Notes: a model not told the origin generated them from the letters alone. 51,679 nucleotides of DNA from Elusimicrobiota bacterium (GCA_027340875.1 DAIENX010000084.1:1-51679); one strand, 5' to 3'; positions 29,311 through 39,692 are shown, counted from the first letter of the stretch. Translations and numbers: made by a program.

Positions 29311-30945
29311 CTATTCCGCGTCCACCCAGATCCGCTGCGGCACAGGCGAGCCGAAGGCCTTGGTGCCCACCGGCGTCTCGGAGGCCAGGCAGCCGGAGAT
29401 GAAGGCGCGGGCCTTCACCAGCTCGTGTACCGGGTTTATCACTATCGGCTTGCTCTTGCCCTTCTTGAAGTCCACGTGGTCGCGCTTGACTATGTACTTG
29501 GAATTGAGCTGGCCGCTGTAGTCGTTGTAGATGATCTCGACGTGGCAGTCCAGGTAGTCGCGGTACAGCGGCTTAAGCCAGATTCGCGCGTCGTCGAGCT
29601 CGGCCTTGAAATCCTTGCTCTCGACGTATTCTATCCGGTCGCGGAAGTCCTCGGTCAGGTCCAGGTAGACGTTGGGGTCGCAGTAGTTCTTGTCCGGGGT
29701 GAAGCTCTCGTAGAGCTTCTCGCGCACCACCGTGGCCAGCTTCGCTCCGATCTTGCCTCCGGTGGAATTGACGAAGTCCTCCTGCTGCTCGCCCCCCTGG
29801 TCGTTCGCGCCGTTCAGCACGTGCGAGCCGGCGGTCTCTATGCCGCCTATCAGCGCCGCCCGCAGGCCGCCGCGCACGTAGCCGTAGAGCATGATGCCGT
29901 GGTAGTGGTACCACGCGCCGAACTTGTCGCCGCGGCCCTGGAAGAAGTTGCTGATATTGGCGAGCTTGCGGGTCACCGCCAGCTTGTCGCGCTGCGGGTG
30001 GCGCCAGTGGTCGGAAAGGACGTTCTCGATGGTCAGGATGGCCAGGTAGACGTCGCCCCTGTTCAGGCGGTAGCTCTGCCGGAAGGCCTGGTCGAGCGTG
30101 ACCGAGGCGTCTTCCCGCGTGAGGATGTAGTCTATCAGGGCGGATTCGGTGCCGGTCTTGAAGTGGCGCGAGGTCACCCCGGAGGCCAGCGCGGTCAGCA
30201 GCTTGGTGAACGTGAGCGGTATCATCTCGCCCTTGTCCCTGCAGTACTGCCGGAACTCCGGGCTCCACTCGTGGGGCTCGCCGAAGAAAGGCTCTATGCC
30301 GCCGGCGCGTTCTTCGAGGATGATCTGCTGGTACATCTTGAGGACTTCTTTCTTCCTGAAAGGGTTGATGCGGCCCTCGATGTGCAGCTTGGAGTTGCGC
30401 AGCTGCACCAGCAGGCGCTCCTTTTCGTCGTCCGGGACGTCCAGGGCCATTATGTCGGCCTCGGTGGGGATGGCTATCTGCGGGTCCTCTACCACGGGGT
30501 TCTGGCCGTTATAGGTGCCGCCGTCCGTGTCGCCGTTGTCCTCGATTATGCCGAACAGCACCTGGAAGAGTACCTTCGGCAGGTTCTTGGTATAGACGGC
30601 CAGCGCCACGTCGCTCTGGATGTCATGGCGCTGATAATTCGCCTGGCGGTAGGCGCGGGCGAAATCCAGCGTGCCGTCTATGCCAGGGATGTCGATGGTG
30701 CCGCCGATTATGTGCAGCTTCTCCCCGGAGGGCAGGCGGCGCATCAGCAGCGGGTCGTAGGAGTCGCGCTTGAGGTAATAGTTGCCGCGGACGGCCGCGG
30801 AGCCGGCCGGGGCCGGTACCTCTATGGCTTCGGAATTCCTGAGGGAGTTGGCATCAATATAGCGCAGCTGCTGGGCTGCCGCGGGGGCCGCGGAAAGGAC
30901 CGCCGCCAGTACGAGTATGATGTTGGTCATCGACTTTCTCTCCAT
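29311..30945 (-). CDS. secreted hypothetical protein (544 aa)
   Basis: Signal peptide ending APAAA-Q; strong GC3 bias; no family recognised. Confidence 0.8.
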   Translation of the reverse strand: MERKSMTNIILVLAAVLSAAPAAAQQLRYIDANSLRNSEAIEVPAPAGSAAVRGNYYLKRDSYDPLLMRRLPSGEKLHIIGGTIDIPGIDGTLDFARAYRQANYQRHDIQSDVALAVYTKNLPKVLFQVLFGIIEDNGDTDGGTYNGQNPVVEDPQIAIPTEADIMALDVPDDEKERLLVQLRNSKLHIEGRINPFRKKEVLKMYQQIILEERAGGIEPFFGEPHEWSPEFRQYCRDKGEMIPLTFTKLLTALASGVTSRHFKTGTESALIDYILTREDASVTLDQAFRQSYRLNRGDVYLAILTIENVLSDHWRHPQRDKLAVTRKLANISNFFQGRGDKFGAWYHYHGIMLYGYVRGGLRAALIGGIETAGSHVLNGANDQGGEQQEDFVNSTGGKIGAKLATVVREKLYESFTPDKNYCDPNVYLDLTEDFRDRIEYVESKDFKAELDDARIWLKPLYRDYLDCHVEIIYNDYSGQLNSKYIVKRDHVDFKKGKSKPIVINPVHELVKARAFISGCLASETPVGTKAFGSPVPQRIWVDAE

Positions 30946-31054
30946 ATTTCCGGGATGATATACTATAATCTAACAGAACGCGGGGGCGCGCGGATGTGAA
31001 TAAGGTCCCAGCCCGGCGCGGTTTTTGGACCCAGGCCGTTCATAGGCCCAGAGA

Positions 31055-31762
31055 ATGCCCCCAGAGAAGCTCATCCTGATCTCGGACGTCCACTCCAACC
31101 TCCATGCCCTGGAGGCGGTGAAGACCGATATCGCCCGCCGCGGTCTTTCCGGCGCGCCCCTCTGCTTCCTGGGCGACGCGGTGGACATGGGCCCTTTTCC
31201 CGCCGAGGCCGTGGACCTGCTGCGTTCGATGTCGCCGGCCTTCCGGGTCCGGGGCAACCACGACAGGTACGTCTCGATGGACTCGCCGCGGGCGGAGCTG
31301 GAGCGCTATTTCCGCTGCCCGGAAGGCGCGGACCATTCCGAGTGGACCTCGGCCGCCCTTACCGCCGGGGCCAAGGAATGGCTCGGCTCCGCGCCGCTCG
31401 CCGCTTCGCTGGACCTTGGAGGAGTCAGGTTCCGCGTCTTTCACGCCTCGGAAGACTGCGACGAGCATCCTCTTGACCAGGAAGCGGCCTCCGGGAACAT
31501 CCTCTGCGGTCACATACATTCGCCCTACGTGCGCGCCGGCTCCGGGGGCACGCTGGTGATCAACCCCGGCAGTGTCGGGAGCTCCCTGGACGGCAACCCC
31601 GCCGCCTCCTACGCGCTGCTGACGGTCAACGGCGCGGTAGAGGCCGAGATAATAAGGGTGCCATACGACCTGGAAGCCTATTCCGGGGCCATACGCAGGC
31701 TGAAGGTCCCGTGGGGCGGCGTGATCGACTCCGTGGTGCGGAAAGCTTCGCTCGGGCGATGA
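31055..31762 (+). CDS. metallophosphoesterase family protein
   Basis: SDVHSN, LGDAVD, GNHD, GHIH, NPGSVG. Confidence 0.92.
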   Translation: MPPEKLILISDVHSNLHALEAVKTDIARRGLSGAPLCFLGDAVDMGPFPAEAVDLLRSMSPAFRVRGNHDRYVSMDSPRAELERYFRCPEGADHSEWTSAALTAGAKEWLGSAPLAASLDLGGVRFRVFHASEDCDEHPLDQEAASGNILCGHIHSPYVRAGSGGTLVINPGSVGSSLDGNPAASYALLTVNGAVEAEIIRVPYDLEAYSGAIRRLKVPWGGVIDSVVRKASLGR

Positions 31763-32874
31763 GGATACTCCACATAACGGAAAGTTTCGGCTGGTCGGGC
31801 GGGGCCGCGCAGGCGCTGTACCTGGCCAGGGAACTGCGCGCCCTCGGGCACGAGAACGTGATAGCCTGCCCTTCCGGCGGTGACCTCGGCCGCAAGGCCG
31901 CCGCGGACGGCTTCCCGGTGCGCCATTTCCAACCACGCCGGGACTACGACCTGAGGACCGCGCGCGCGCTGGCCCGCCTGATGGACGAGCTGAAGCCGGA
32001 CGTCATGCAGGCCCATCACCCTAAGGCCCACGCGATGGGACTGATAGCCAAGTTCCTTTCGCGCCATAAGCCGGTTTTCATCTTCACCCGCCGCGTCTCT
32101 CATCCTATCATGAAGGGCTTCTTCGCCAGGCTGAAATATACCAGCGGGCTGATAGACGGCGTCATAGCCGTGGCGGACTCGGTGCGGGGTATCCTGATAG
32201 ATTACGGCGTTGCTCCGGAGAAGGTGCGGACCATCTACAGCGGTACGGACCCCGGGCGTTTCTCCCCCCGGCCTCCGGACGCCGGTATCGCGGCCGAGCT
32301 AGCGCTGCCGCCCGGTTTGCCGGTGGTTATGCTGGTCGGGAACTTCAGCGCGCACAAAGGGCAGCACGTCCTGCTGAAGGCTTCCGCCATCCTGCGCGCC
32401 AAAGGGCTGGACTTCGCGCTGGTCTTCGCCGGCCGCGCCACCGATTCCGAGGAGCTGAAGGCCATGTTCCGGGCGGAGGGGCTGCCCTTGGAAAGGGGCC
32501 GTTTCCTCGGCCTGCGCGACGACGTCGAAAAGCTGCTGACCCTGGCCACTGTCAGCGTGAACGCCGCGGTAAAGGGCGAGGCCCTCAGCGGCAGCATACG
32601 GGAGTCCCTGGCTATGGGCGTTCCTGCGGTGGCCAGCGATATCTCCGGCAATTCGGAGATCGTGAAGGACGGCATGACCGGGCTGTTGTTCCCGAAAGGG
32701 GACGCCGCGACCCTGGCCGCCAGATTGGAGGAAGTCCTGCGGGACCCTGGGCTGCGCGAGAGGTTCTCTAAGAACTCGGTATCGCTTGTGCGGGACAGCT
32801 TCACCACCGCCATAATGGGGCGCCGCACGCTGGAATACTACCAGGAACTGCTGGCCGCCCGCCGCGCCCGCTGA
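31759..32874 (+). CDS. glycosyltransferase family 4
   Basis: MRILHI...WSGG, KGQ, LGLRDD, EALSGSIRESLAMGVPAVAS; ATGA overlap with upstream stop. Confidence 0.92.
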   Translation: MRILHITESFGWSGGAAQALYLARELRALGHENVIACPSGGDLGRKAAADGFPVRHFQPRRDYDLRTARALARLMDELKPDVMQAHHPKAHAMGLIAKFLSRHKPVFIFTRRVSHPIMKGFFARLKYTSGLIDGVIAVADSVRGILIDYGVAPEKVRTIYSGTDPGRFSPRPPDAGIAAELALPPGLPVVMLVGNFSAHKGQHVLLKASAILRAKGLDFALVFAGRATDSEELKAMFRAEGLPLERGRFLGLRDDVEKLLTLATVSVNAAVKGEALSGSIRESLAMGVPAVASDISGNSEIVKDGMTGLLFPKGDAATLAARLEEVLRDPGLRERFSKNSVSLVRDSFTTAIMGRRTLEYYQELLAARRAR

Positions 32875-32942
32875 CCTTTTCCCCCCTCGCCGGTCCGATT
32901 TTCGTATAATATATACAGACATTATCGAGGAATGGAGAGAAA

Positions 32943-34913
32943 GTGACTTCACAGCGACAGCCCAGGCTTCTGCTCACCAGCATCATGCGCCCTATAGGGC
33001 CGGCTTACGGGGACGCCGAAAGCGTCGGTTACGAGCTGCTGCACGCCCAGGTCACCCGCGCCCAGGGCATGTTCAGCCCCCGCGCCGTGCACCGCCAGTT
33101 CTCGCTGGACTACATGGCCGAGAACCTGGAGAATCCCACGGTGGTCCTGCATTATCCGTCCAGGCGCGAGATGATCAAGGAACTCAAGAAGGGCTACGAC
33201 TACGTGGGCATCTCCTTCATCATGGTCACCTACCACCGCATGAAGGAGCTCTCCGCCCTTGTGCGCAAGTATTCCCCTAATTCCAGGATAGTGCTCGGCG
33301 GTTTCGGCACCGTGCTGCCCGATGAGGCGCTCAAGCCCTACGGTGACCATATCTGCCGCGGCGAGGGCGTGACGTTCATGCGCGAGCTGCTGGGCCAGGC
33401 CCCGCTGAAGGAGCATAAGCACCCGCACATAGAGAGCCGCCTGCAGGTCTTCTCTAAGACCGTCGGGTACACCGGCATGATCTTCGCGGGCCTCGGTTGC
33501 CCGAACGGCTGCGACTTCTGCTCCACTTCCCACTTCTTCAAGCGCCAGCACCTGCGCCTCCTCAACACCGGCGCGCAGGTCTACGGGGTGGTAAAGAAGC
33601 ATCTCGAGGTGAACCCGGACGCGCAGTTCACCATACTCGACGAGGAATTCCTCCTCAATCGCGACCGCGCGATGGAGTTCCGCGACCTCGTCATCAAGAG
33701 CGGAAAGCCGCTGGCCATCTTCGTCTTCGCCAGCCTCAAAGCCCTCTCGATGTACACCCCCGAGGAGCTGCTCGAGATAGGTGTCGACGGCGTCTGGATC
33801 GGCTACGAGGGCGAGCGCTCCGGCTACGAGAAGCGTGACAACCGCAGGTCCCCCGAGGAGATCATAAAGGGCCTGAAGGACAACGGCATCACCGTGCTGG
33901 CTTCCATGATAGTCGGCTTCGACTACCAGACCCCCGAGATCATAAAGGCCGAGCACAAGAAGCTGATGTCGCTGAAGCCCGATCTGTGCCAGTTCATGAT
34001 CTACAACCCGAACCCCGGCACGCCGCTCTACGAGAAGGTGAAGTCTCAGGGCCTCTTCCGCAAGGAGTTCGCCGATAATCCCGAGCATTACTGGAAATGG
34101 GCCAGCGGCTTCCGCTCGCTGACCGAGCACCCGCACATGACCGGTCCGGAGATAGAGAAGATGCAGATGTGGTGCTTCGACCAGGATTTCCGCGAGCTCG
34201 GACCCACTATCTACCGCGTCGTGGACACGATGCTGACCGGCTACCTGAAGCACAAGGATTCCTCCAACCCGTTCCTGCGCATGAGGGCCGAGCGCTTCGC
34301 GAAAGAGCTGAAGATGACCTACCCGATGTACCTGCCGGGGGAGCTGTTCGCTCCGACGCTGCGCACCCGCGCGGTGGTGCACAGGCTCAAGAAGCGCGTC
34401 TACGCGGCCTTCGGCGCGCCCGCCTTCTCCAACAGGTTCATGAGCTGGGGCGCCGTAGCCGCCGCGCTGTGGACCTCCTTCAAGCTGCGTTTCAACCTCT
34501 TCCAGAACCCCGCGCTGACGCGCAAGGGCTGGCGTCTGCCGCCGGAGCCCTTCACCAAGGAGTGGCTGGAGGCCGAGCTGCAGAAGCACAACGTGCCCCA
34601 GCGCCTCCACGTGCTGGTGGAGGAGTACGAAGGCCGCCGGAACCAGCTCAAAGTGCGCCTGGAGGGCGCGCTGGACCGCCACAACGGCGAGAAGCTGGCC
34701 GAGGAGCTGCGCGCTTACCTCAAGGAGACCAAGGGCAAGCTGGTCATAGATCTGGAGAAACTGAAGGTCATGGAGAAGGAGGCCGCGGCGGCCTTCTCGC
34801 ACAGGCTGTCCGAGTACCGCTCGCGGGTGAAGATCTCCATGCCCCGGAACGCCCCCGCCCACGCGGCGCAGTTCCTGCTCCTCGCCGAAGTGTTCAAGTA
34901 CTACAAGGGCTGA
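32943..34913 (+). CDS. B12-binding-domain radical SAM protein with C-terminal STAS-like domain
   Basis: YDYVGIS...IVLGG (B12-binding-like), GCPNGCDFC, PNPGTPLY; C-term VRLEGALD...LVIDLEKL. Confidence 0.88.
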   Translation: MTSQRQPRLLLTSIMRPIGPAYGDAESVGYELLHAQVTRAQGMFSPRAVHRQFSLDYMAENLENPTVVLHYPSRREMIKELKKGYDYVGISFIMVTYHRMKELSALVRKYSPNSRIVLGGFGTVLPDEALKPYGDHICRGEGVTFMRELLGQAPLKEHKHPHIESRLQVFSKTVGYTGMIFAGLGCPNGCDFCSTSHFFKRQHLRLLNTGAQVYGVVKKHLEVNPDAQFTILDEEFLLNRDRAMEFRDLVIKSGKPLAIFVFASLKALSMYTPEELLEIGVDGVWIGYEGERSGYEKRDNRRSPEEIIKGLKDNGITVLASMIVGFDYQTPEIIKAEHKKLMSLKPDLCQFMIYNPNPGTPLYEKVKSQGLFRKEFADNPEHYWKWASGFRSLTEHPHMTGPEIEKMQMWCFDQDFRELGPTIYRVVDTMLTGYLKHKDSSNPFLRMRAERFAKELKMTYPMYLPGELFAPTLRTRAVVHRLKKRVYAAFGAPAFSNRFMSWGAVAAALWTSFKLRFNLFQNPALTRKGWRLPPEPFTKEWLEAELQKHNVPQRLHVLVEEYEGRRNQLKVRLEGALDRHNGEKLAEELRAYLKETKGKLVIDLEKLKVMEKEAAAAFSHRLSEYRSRVKISMPRNAPAHAAQFLLLAEVFKYYKG

Positions 34914-34933
34914 GCGGGCCTCAGAACCCTCGC

Positions 34934-34969
34934 GCAAGACCCGGCGGAAAGCCGGGTCTTTTGCTTTTT
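34934..34969. terminator. intrinsic terminator between convergent genes
   Basis: AAGACCCGGC-GGAAA-GCCGGGTCTT then T-rich tract. Confidence 0.85.
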
Positions 34970-36281
34970 AGATGAGCCTGGACTGCAGCAGCCAGGCGGT
35001 GCTGAGGAAGGCGAAGAAGCCTACCACGTCGGTGACCGTGGTGAGGAAGATGCCGGAGGAGTGCGCCGGGTCGTACCCGAGCCTCTTCATCGCCAGCGGG
35101 ATCATGGCGCCGGACATGCCGGCGGCTACCATGTTCACTGTCATGGCGACGCCCACCACGAGACCCAGCCAGGCGCTGCCTTTCCAGAGCCAGGCGGCCG
35201 CCGCGGTCATCAGTCCTATCGCGGCGCCGTTGACCAGCCCTACCAGGATCTCCGTGCGTACCAGCTTCCAGGCGTTGTGCGGCGCTATCTCCCTCATCAG
35301 CATGCCGCGCAGCACTATGGAAAGCGTCTGCGTACCGGCGTTGCCGCCCTGTCCCGCGATGATGGGCAGGAAGACGGCCAGCACCGCCACGCGGGCGATG
35401 AAATCCTCGAACAGCGCCACGACCGAGCCGGCCAGGAAGGCGGTGGCGAGGTTTATCGTCAGCCACGGCAGCCGGCGCGTCACCTTGAACCAGGCCGGGG
35501 AGAAAGGCCTTTCTTCGGCGCTGGCGCCGAAGAGTATCTGCAGGTCCTCCGCCGCCTCCTCTTCGGTGGACTCTATCAGGTTCTTGGTGTTGACGACGCC
35601 GAGCAACCGGCCGTTCTCGTTGGTCACCGGCACGGCCAGGAAGTGACGGCGAGCGGCCAGTTGCACCAGTTCCTCGCGGTCCATGAAGGGCGAGACCTTG
35701 AGCACTTCCCGTATCATCACGTCCTCCACTTTCGCGTCCGGGGAGGAGAGCAGCAGGTCGCGCATGTTCAGCACTCCGAGCAGCCCGCTGGCGGCGTCCA
35801 CCACGTAGCAGTAAGAGGCCGCCGGCAGCTGCTTCTTGGCTATCTGCCTGAGCCTGGCTATCACGTCCTTGACTCTGGCGTCGGAGCGGAAGGCGAGGAA
35901 ATCCGTGTGCATCATCCGCCCGGCGCTTTCGCGCGGGTAGGCCAGTATCTCCGCCATGTCCTTGGAGAACTCCTGGTCCAGCAGCGGTATCACGGCCTTT
36001 GAGAACTCCGGATCGAACTGCCTGAAGATGTCGGCCGCCTGGTATTTGCCGGTGCGGTGAAGTATCCCGGCCGCCTCCTGCGGCGAGCGGTTCTCCAGCA
36101 GGCGGGCGGCGGCCTGCGGCGGCATGTTCTCCAGGGCCTGCGAGGCCACCGAGGGAGGCAGCGCCTTCATCAGCTGCGAGGCCTCTTTCGGCGGCAGGTC
36201 CTCCAACGCCTGCGCGGCCCTGACAGGGTCGTCCTGGATGAAGCGCTTCACGAGCTCAAGGGCGGCTTCTTTCCTGCTCAC
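34968..36281 (-). CDS. mgtE: magnesium transporter MgtE
   Basis: N-domain, SAGRMM, CBS pair, RLPWL, GGNAGTQ, DPA...TTVTDVVG. Confidence 0.95.
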   Translation of the reverse strand: MSRKEAALELVKRFIQDDPVRAAQALEDLPPKEASQLMKALPPSVASQALENMPPQAAARLLENRSPQEAAGILHRTGKYQAADIFRQFDPEFSKAVIPLLDQEFSKDMAEILAYPRESAGRMMHTDFLAFRSDARVKDVIARLRQIAKKQLPAASYCYVVDAASGLLGVLNMRDLLLSSPDAKVEDVMIREVLKVSPFMDREELVQLAARRHFLAVPVTNENGRLLGVVNTKNLIESTEEEAAEDLQILFGASAEERPFSPAWFKVTRRLPWLTINLATAFLAGSVVALFEDFIARVAVLAVFLPIIAGQGGNAGTQTLSIVLRGMLMREIAPHNAWKLVRTEILVGLVNGAAIGLMTAAAAWLWKGSAWLGLVVGVAMTVNMVAAGMSGAMIPLAMKRLGYDPAHSSGIFLTTVTDVVGFFAFLSTAWLLQSRLI

Positions 36282-37234
36282 GCGGAGGCCCTCCTGAGGC
36301 GGTCCATGATGGCCCTGCCCAGACCGTGGCGCGGGACTTCCTCGGCGTAGATGACGCGGGCGCCGGAGCTTTCCAGCGCGTGGAGGGCGCGGAACAGGCC
36401 GGCCGCCGCCTCGCGCAGGTCGCCGGAGCGCGACAGCACCTTTACCGCCGCGAAACGTCCCGCTGGTCGTCTGGAGAAGGCCAGGTAGGCCGCGCTCGGA
36501 CCGGGCTTTAGCCTTGAGCCCGGAGTAATTATCTTAAGTTTCGCGGCCGGAGCGTAATGTCTTTTCAGGCATCCGGGGGCCATGGGTCTGGCGCCGCCTC
36601 GGCCGGGCTTCGCCGCCGGTCCGGCGGTCCTCTCTATCTCCTCCAGCGGCAGGCCGCCGGGGCGAAGCAGGACCGGGCGCCCCTTCTCGAAAGCGATGAT
36701 GGTGGATTCTACCCCTATGCGGGTATGCCCGCCGTCGAGTATGAGGTCGGGTCCGTCGCCCAGTTGCTTCCTGACGTGCGCGGCCGAGGTAGGGCTGAGC
36801 TGTCCGAAACGGTTGGCGCTCGGCGCGGCGATGGGCCGTCCCGAGGCCCTTATCAGGGCCAGGGCGTGCGGACCGGCCGGTACCCTTACCGCCACCGTCC
36901 TGAGGCCGGCGGTGACGATGTCGGGCACGGCGGCGGCCTTTGGCAGGACCAGCGTCAGCGGCCCCGGCCAGAACTTCTTCATGAGCCTTTCGGCGGCCGC
37001 GGGGATGCGGGAGAAGAGTTTTCTCGCCCTGGCGGCGGAACATTCGTGCAGTATCAGCGGGTCGAAGCGGGGACGGCCCTTGATCTCGAAGATCCTGGCG
37101 CAGGCTTCCGGATCGAGCCCGTCGGCGCCCAGGCCGTAGACGGTCTCCGTGGGGAAAGCCACCACCCCTCCGCGTCTTATCGCCGCGGCGGCCTTTTCTA
37201 TGCCGGCTTTCCCGGCTTTCAAGGTGTTGCCCAT
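36278..37234 (-). CDS. sua5: L-threonylcarbamoyladenylate synthase (Sua5-type TsaC)
   Basis: AFPTETVYGLG, KGRP, WPGPLT, APSAN, GVESTI, HYAP, AIMDRL. Confidence 0.96.
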   Translation of the reverse strand: MGNTLKAGKAGIEKAAAAIRRGGVVAFPTETVYGLGADGLDPEACARIFEIKGRPRFDPLILHECSAARARKLFSRIPAAAERLMKKFWPGPLTLVLPKAAAVPDIVTAGLRTVAVRVPAGPHALALIRASGRPIAAPSANRFGQLSPTSAAHVRKQLGDGPDLILDGGHTRIGVESTIIAFEKGRPVLLRPGGLPLEEIERTAGPAAKPGRGGARPMAPGCLKRHYAPAAKLKIITPGSRLKPGPSAAYLAFSRRPAGRFAAVKVLSRSGDLREAAAGLFRALHALESSGARVIYAEEVPRHGLGRAIMDRLRRASA

Positions 37235-37252
37235 CCGGCTAATTCTAGCAAT

Positions 37253-39640
37253 TTAGCCGGCGCTCCCGGCGGCGCCGCCGCCGTCCTTGCCGTCTTCGCC
37301 CTCTCCGCAGCGCCTCCCGCCATACTTAGTGGCCGTGACGTCGGTCCAGGAACCGATGATGTCGCCGGAGCCGTCCTGGAGCTCCTTGAGCTGGGCGTGC
37401 AGGCAGACCAGGGAGCCGTCACGGCGGCGGAGGTGGAACTCATGCGAGATAGTGACTCCGGGGGCTACCTTTGACGCCGCGCGCATGGCCTTCTGGAAGT
37501 CCTCCGGGGCTGTGACCTCGGCGAACCAGCCGGGACGCAGCAGGTCGGCCGCCTCGTAGCCTGTCATCTCCTCCAGGCTGCCGCTGACCCAGTCCGGTAT
37601 AAGTCTGTCGCCGGCGCGTTTAAGGCGGAAGAGCACGGCCGGGACCGTCTCCATCATGTGGGAAAGGTACTCCGCCGTCCTCTTGAGAGCGGTTTCCGCC
37701 TTCTTCCGCTTCTCTTCCGCGGAGATGGAGTCGAGCGCCAGCTCGGCGTCGGATTTCAGGGCGGAGAGCAGGTCCTGCTCGTCCCCGGAGAAGAAGTTCT
37801 TCTCCGAGCTGTAGAGGCTGAGCACGGCCCTGAGGCTGCCGGAATCCATCAGCGGCACGGCCGCGGAGGACGCCAGGCCTGAGTCGGCGGCCTTTTGGCG
37901 CCAGGGTTCCATCCGCGGATCGGCGGCGATGTCGGCGCAAACCGCTATCTCGCCGGTCCTGGCCGCGAGACCGGACGGGCCTTCGGCGGCGGGGCTGTCC
38001 TTGATCTTTACCGTGAGGCCCTGGACGTATCCGGCCCCCCTGCCTGCCCAGTAGGCCGGCAGGAGCTTGCCGGTATACTCGTCAGGTATCCCTATCCAGG
38101 CCAGCTCGTAGCCGCCTGCGGCAGTAGCGGTGGCGCAGATCTGGCGCAGCAGTTCCTCCCTGTCCTTGATGCGGGCGGCGGCCCTGTTGATGCTGGCCAG
38201 TATGCTGTAGAGGCGCAGGTTCTTCAGCAGGTCGGCCTGCGTTCTCTCCAGCCTGAGCTGGGCCGCCTTGCGCTCGCTGATGTCACGGCAGATGAAATAT
38301 ACCAGCCTCCGGCCGCCCTGTACCACGCCCGAGGCGCTTACCTCTATTGGGAAGCGTTCGCCGTTCTTGCGCAGATGGGTGGCCTCGTAGACCTGGCCCC
38401 TTCCGGAGGCTATGTCCCGGAACCGCCGGTTGAACCTGGGGATATCCTCCGGCGGTATCAGGCCCTCCGGGCGGAGCTTGAGCATCTCCGCCTGGGTGTA
38501 CCCGTAGGTCTCGCAGGCTTTCTTATTGACCATCAGCAGCGAACGCTTCTCCGGGTCGGCCAGCAGGATCATGTCGTTGGCGTTGTCCGCCAGCGCCTCG
38601 AAGCTGAGCCTGTACTGCTCCTTCTCCGTCTCAATGCCAGTCAGCGTCTTTGAATAGCGTTCGGTCTGGAGGCGAAACTGGAAGTAGGCAAGGCCGCCGG
38701 CGGCGATGACCAGGAAGAAGGTGAAAATGAGTATCATGGCGGAAGCCCTGCCGGACTCCTCCATTATCTCCGGCCAGTCCATCTTGGCCACGATGGCCCA
38801 GCCGGTATCCCCGACCATGCCTACGGAGGCGAGCACCTTCCTGCCGCGGTAGTCGGTGCCGAAGAAGGTCCCGGTCTTTCCGCGCAGGGCCATGGCCTCC
38901 GGCAGGTCTTCGGAGGAAAGCGGCCGGCGCAGGCTCAGCGGAGCCCCGGGCATATGGCGTAATTCGTTGATCGCTACGACGTCTTCACCCTCCCTGCGTC
39001 CCAGCGTGGTCTCCCCGCTGGCGCTGGGCGTCGGCCAGCGGCTGATGAGGGGGTAGAGGTACTCCCGGGGTTCGATGCCGAGCAGGAGTACCAGCTGGCC
39101 GGCCGCGGCCGATGCCCTGGCCGCTATCTCCAGATGCGATCTCCCGTTCCACGCGGTATAGAAATCACCCATCTCGGGCCTGCCAGAGCGCAAAGCCTTC
39201 CGGACCAGCTCCGTCGTTTCCGGCGATAGGGACTTTGGAAAGTCCCCGACGGAGAGGATTATCCTCCCTTCCGGCCTGGCCAGCATGGCGTAGCAGTACT
39301 GGTTGTATTTCAGGTAGCTGCGCAGGCGCGCGGCTATCAGGTTCCTGGTCCCGGTATCCTCCGGATGGGAGGACAGGCGGTCCAGCACCTTGGAGAGGAC
39401 CGGACTGTCGATGAGCGACTCGGTGTCCCGCAGCCGGTCCATGCGCCAGAAGAGTATCTGTTCCGTCTTGAAGTCCCTGATGGACGAGAGGAGATCGGCG
39501 GCGTCGGTCTTTATGGCGTGCAGGAAGTACTGATGGTAGGCCAGTCCGCCGGCCAATATGGCGACGGCCGCGGCGAGGAATATCGCCGCGCGCCTGCTCT
39601 TGAGGCGCAGTATCTCTTCGGAAAAACGCGGAAGCGCCAC
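37253..39640 (-). CDS. membrane sensor protein TM-Cache-like-TM-PAS-GAF-PAS, no output domain
   Basis: DYRGRKVLAS, VNKKACETYGY...RKNGERFPIEVS...RDISERK, GAF (AWIG, SSAAVPL), second PAS ending GSWTDVT. Confidence 0.85.
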   Translation of the reverse strand: MALPRFSEEILRLKSRRAAIFLAAAVAILAGGLAYHQYFLHAIKTDAADLLSSIRDFKTEQILFWRMDRLRDTESLIDSPVLSKVLDRLSSHPEDTGTRNLIAARLRSYLKYNQYCYAMLARPEGRIILSVGDFPKSLSPETTELVRKALRSGRPEMGDFYTAWNGRSHLEIAARASAAAGQLVLLLGIEPREYLYPLISRWPTPSASGETTLGRREGEDVVAINELRHMPGAPLSLRRPLSSEDLPEAMALRGKTGTFFGTDYRGRKVLASVGMVGDTGWAIVAKMDWPEIMEESGRASAMILIFTFFLVIAAGGLAYFQFRLQTERYSKTLTGIETEKEQYRLSFEALADNANDMILLADPEKRSLLMVNKKACETYGYTQAEMLKLRPEGLIPPEDIPRFNRRFRDIASGRGQVYEATHLRKNGERFPIEVSASGVVQGGRRLVYFICRDISERKAAQLRLERTQADLLKNLRLYSILASINRAAARIKDREELLRQICATATAAGGYELAWIGIPDEYTGKLLPAYWAGRGAGYVQGLTVKIKDSPAAEGPSGLAARTGEIAVCADIAADPRMEPWRQKAADSGLASSAAVPLMDSGSLRAVLSLYSSEKNFFSGDEQDLLSALKSDAELALDSISAEEKRKKAETALKRTAEYLSHMMETVPAVLFRLKRAGDRLIPDWVSGSLEEMTGYEAADLLRPGWFAEVTAPEDFQKAMRAASKVAPGVTISHEFHLRRRDGSLVCLHAQLKELQDGSGDIIGSWTDVTATKYGGRRCGEGEDGKDGGGAAGSAG

Positions 39641-39692
39641 CCCCCACTCCTCCGGGCCGGAAGGCCCTTATGAGGACGCTGAGCGTAAAGTA

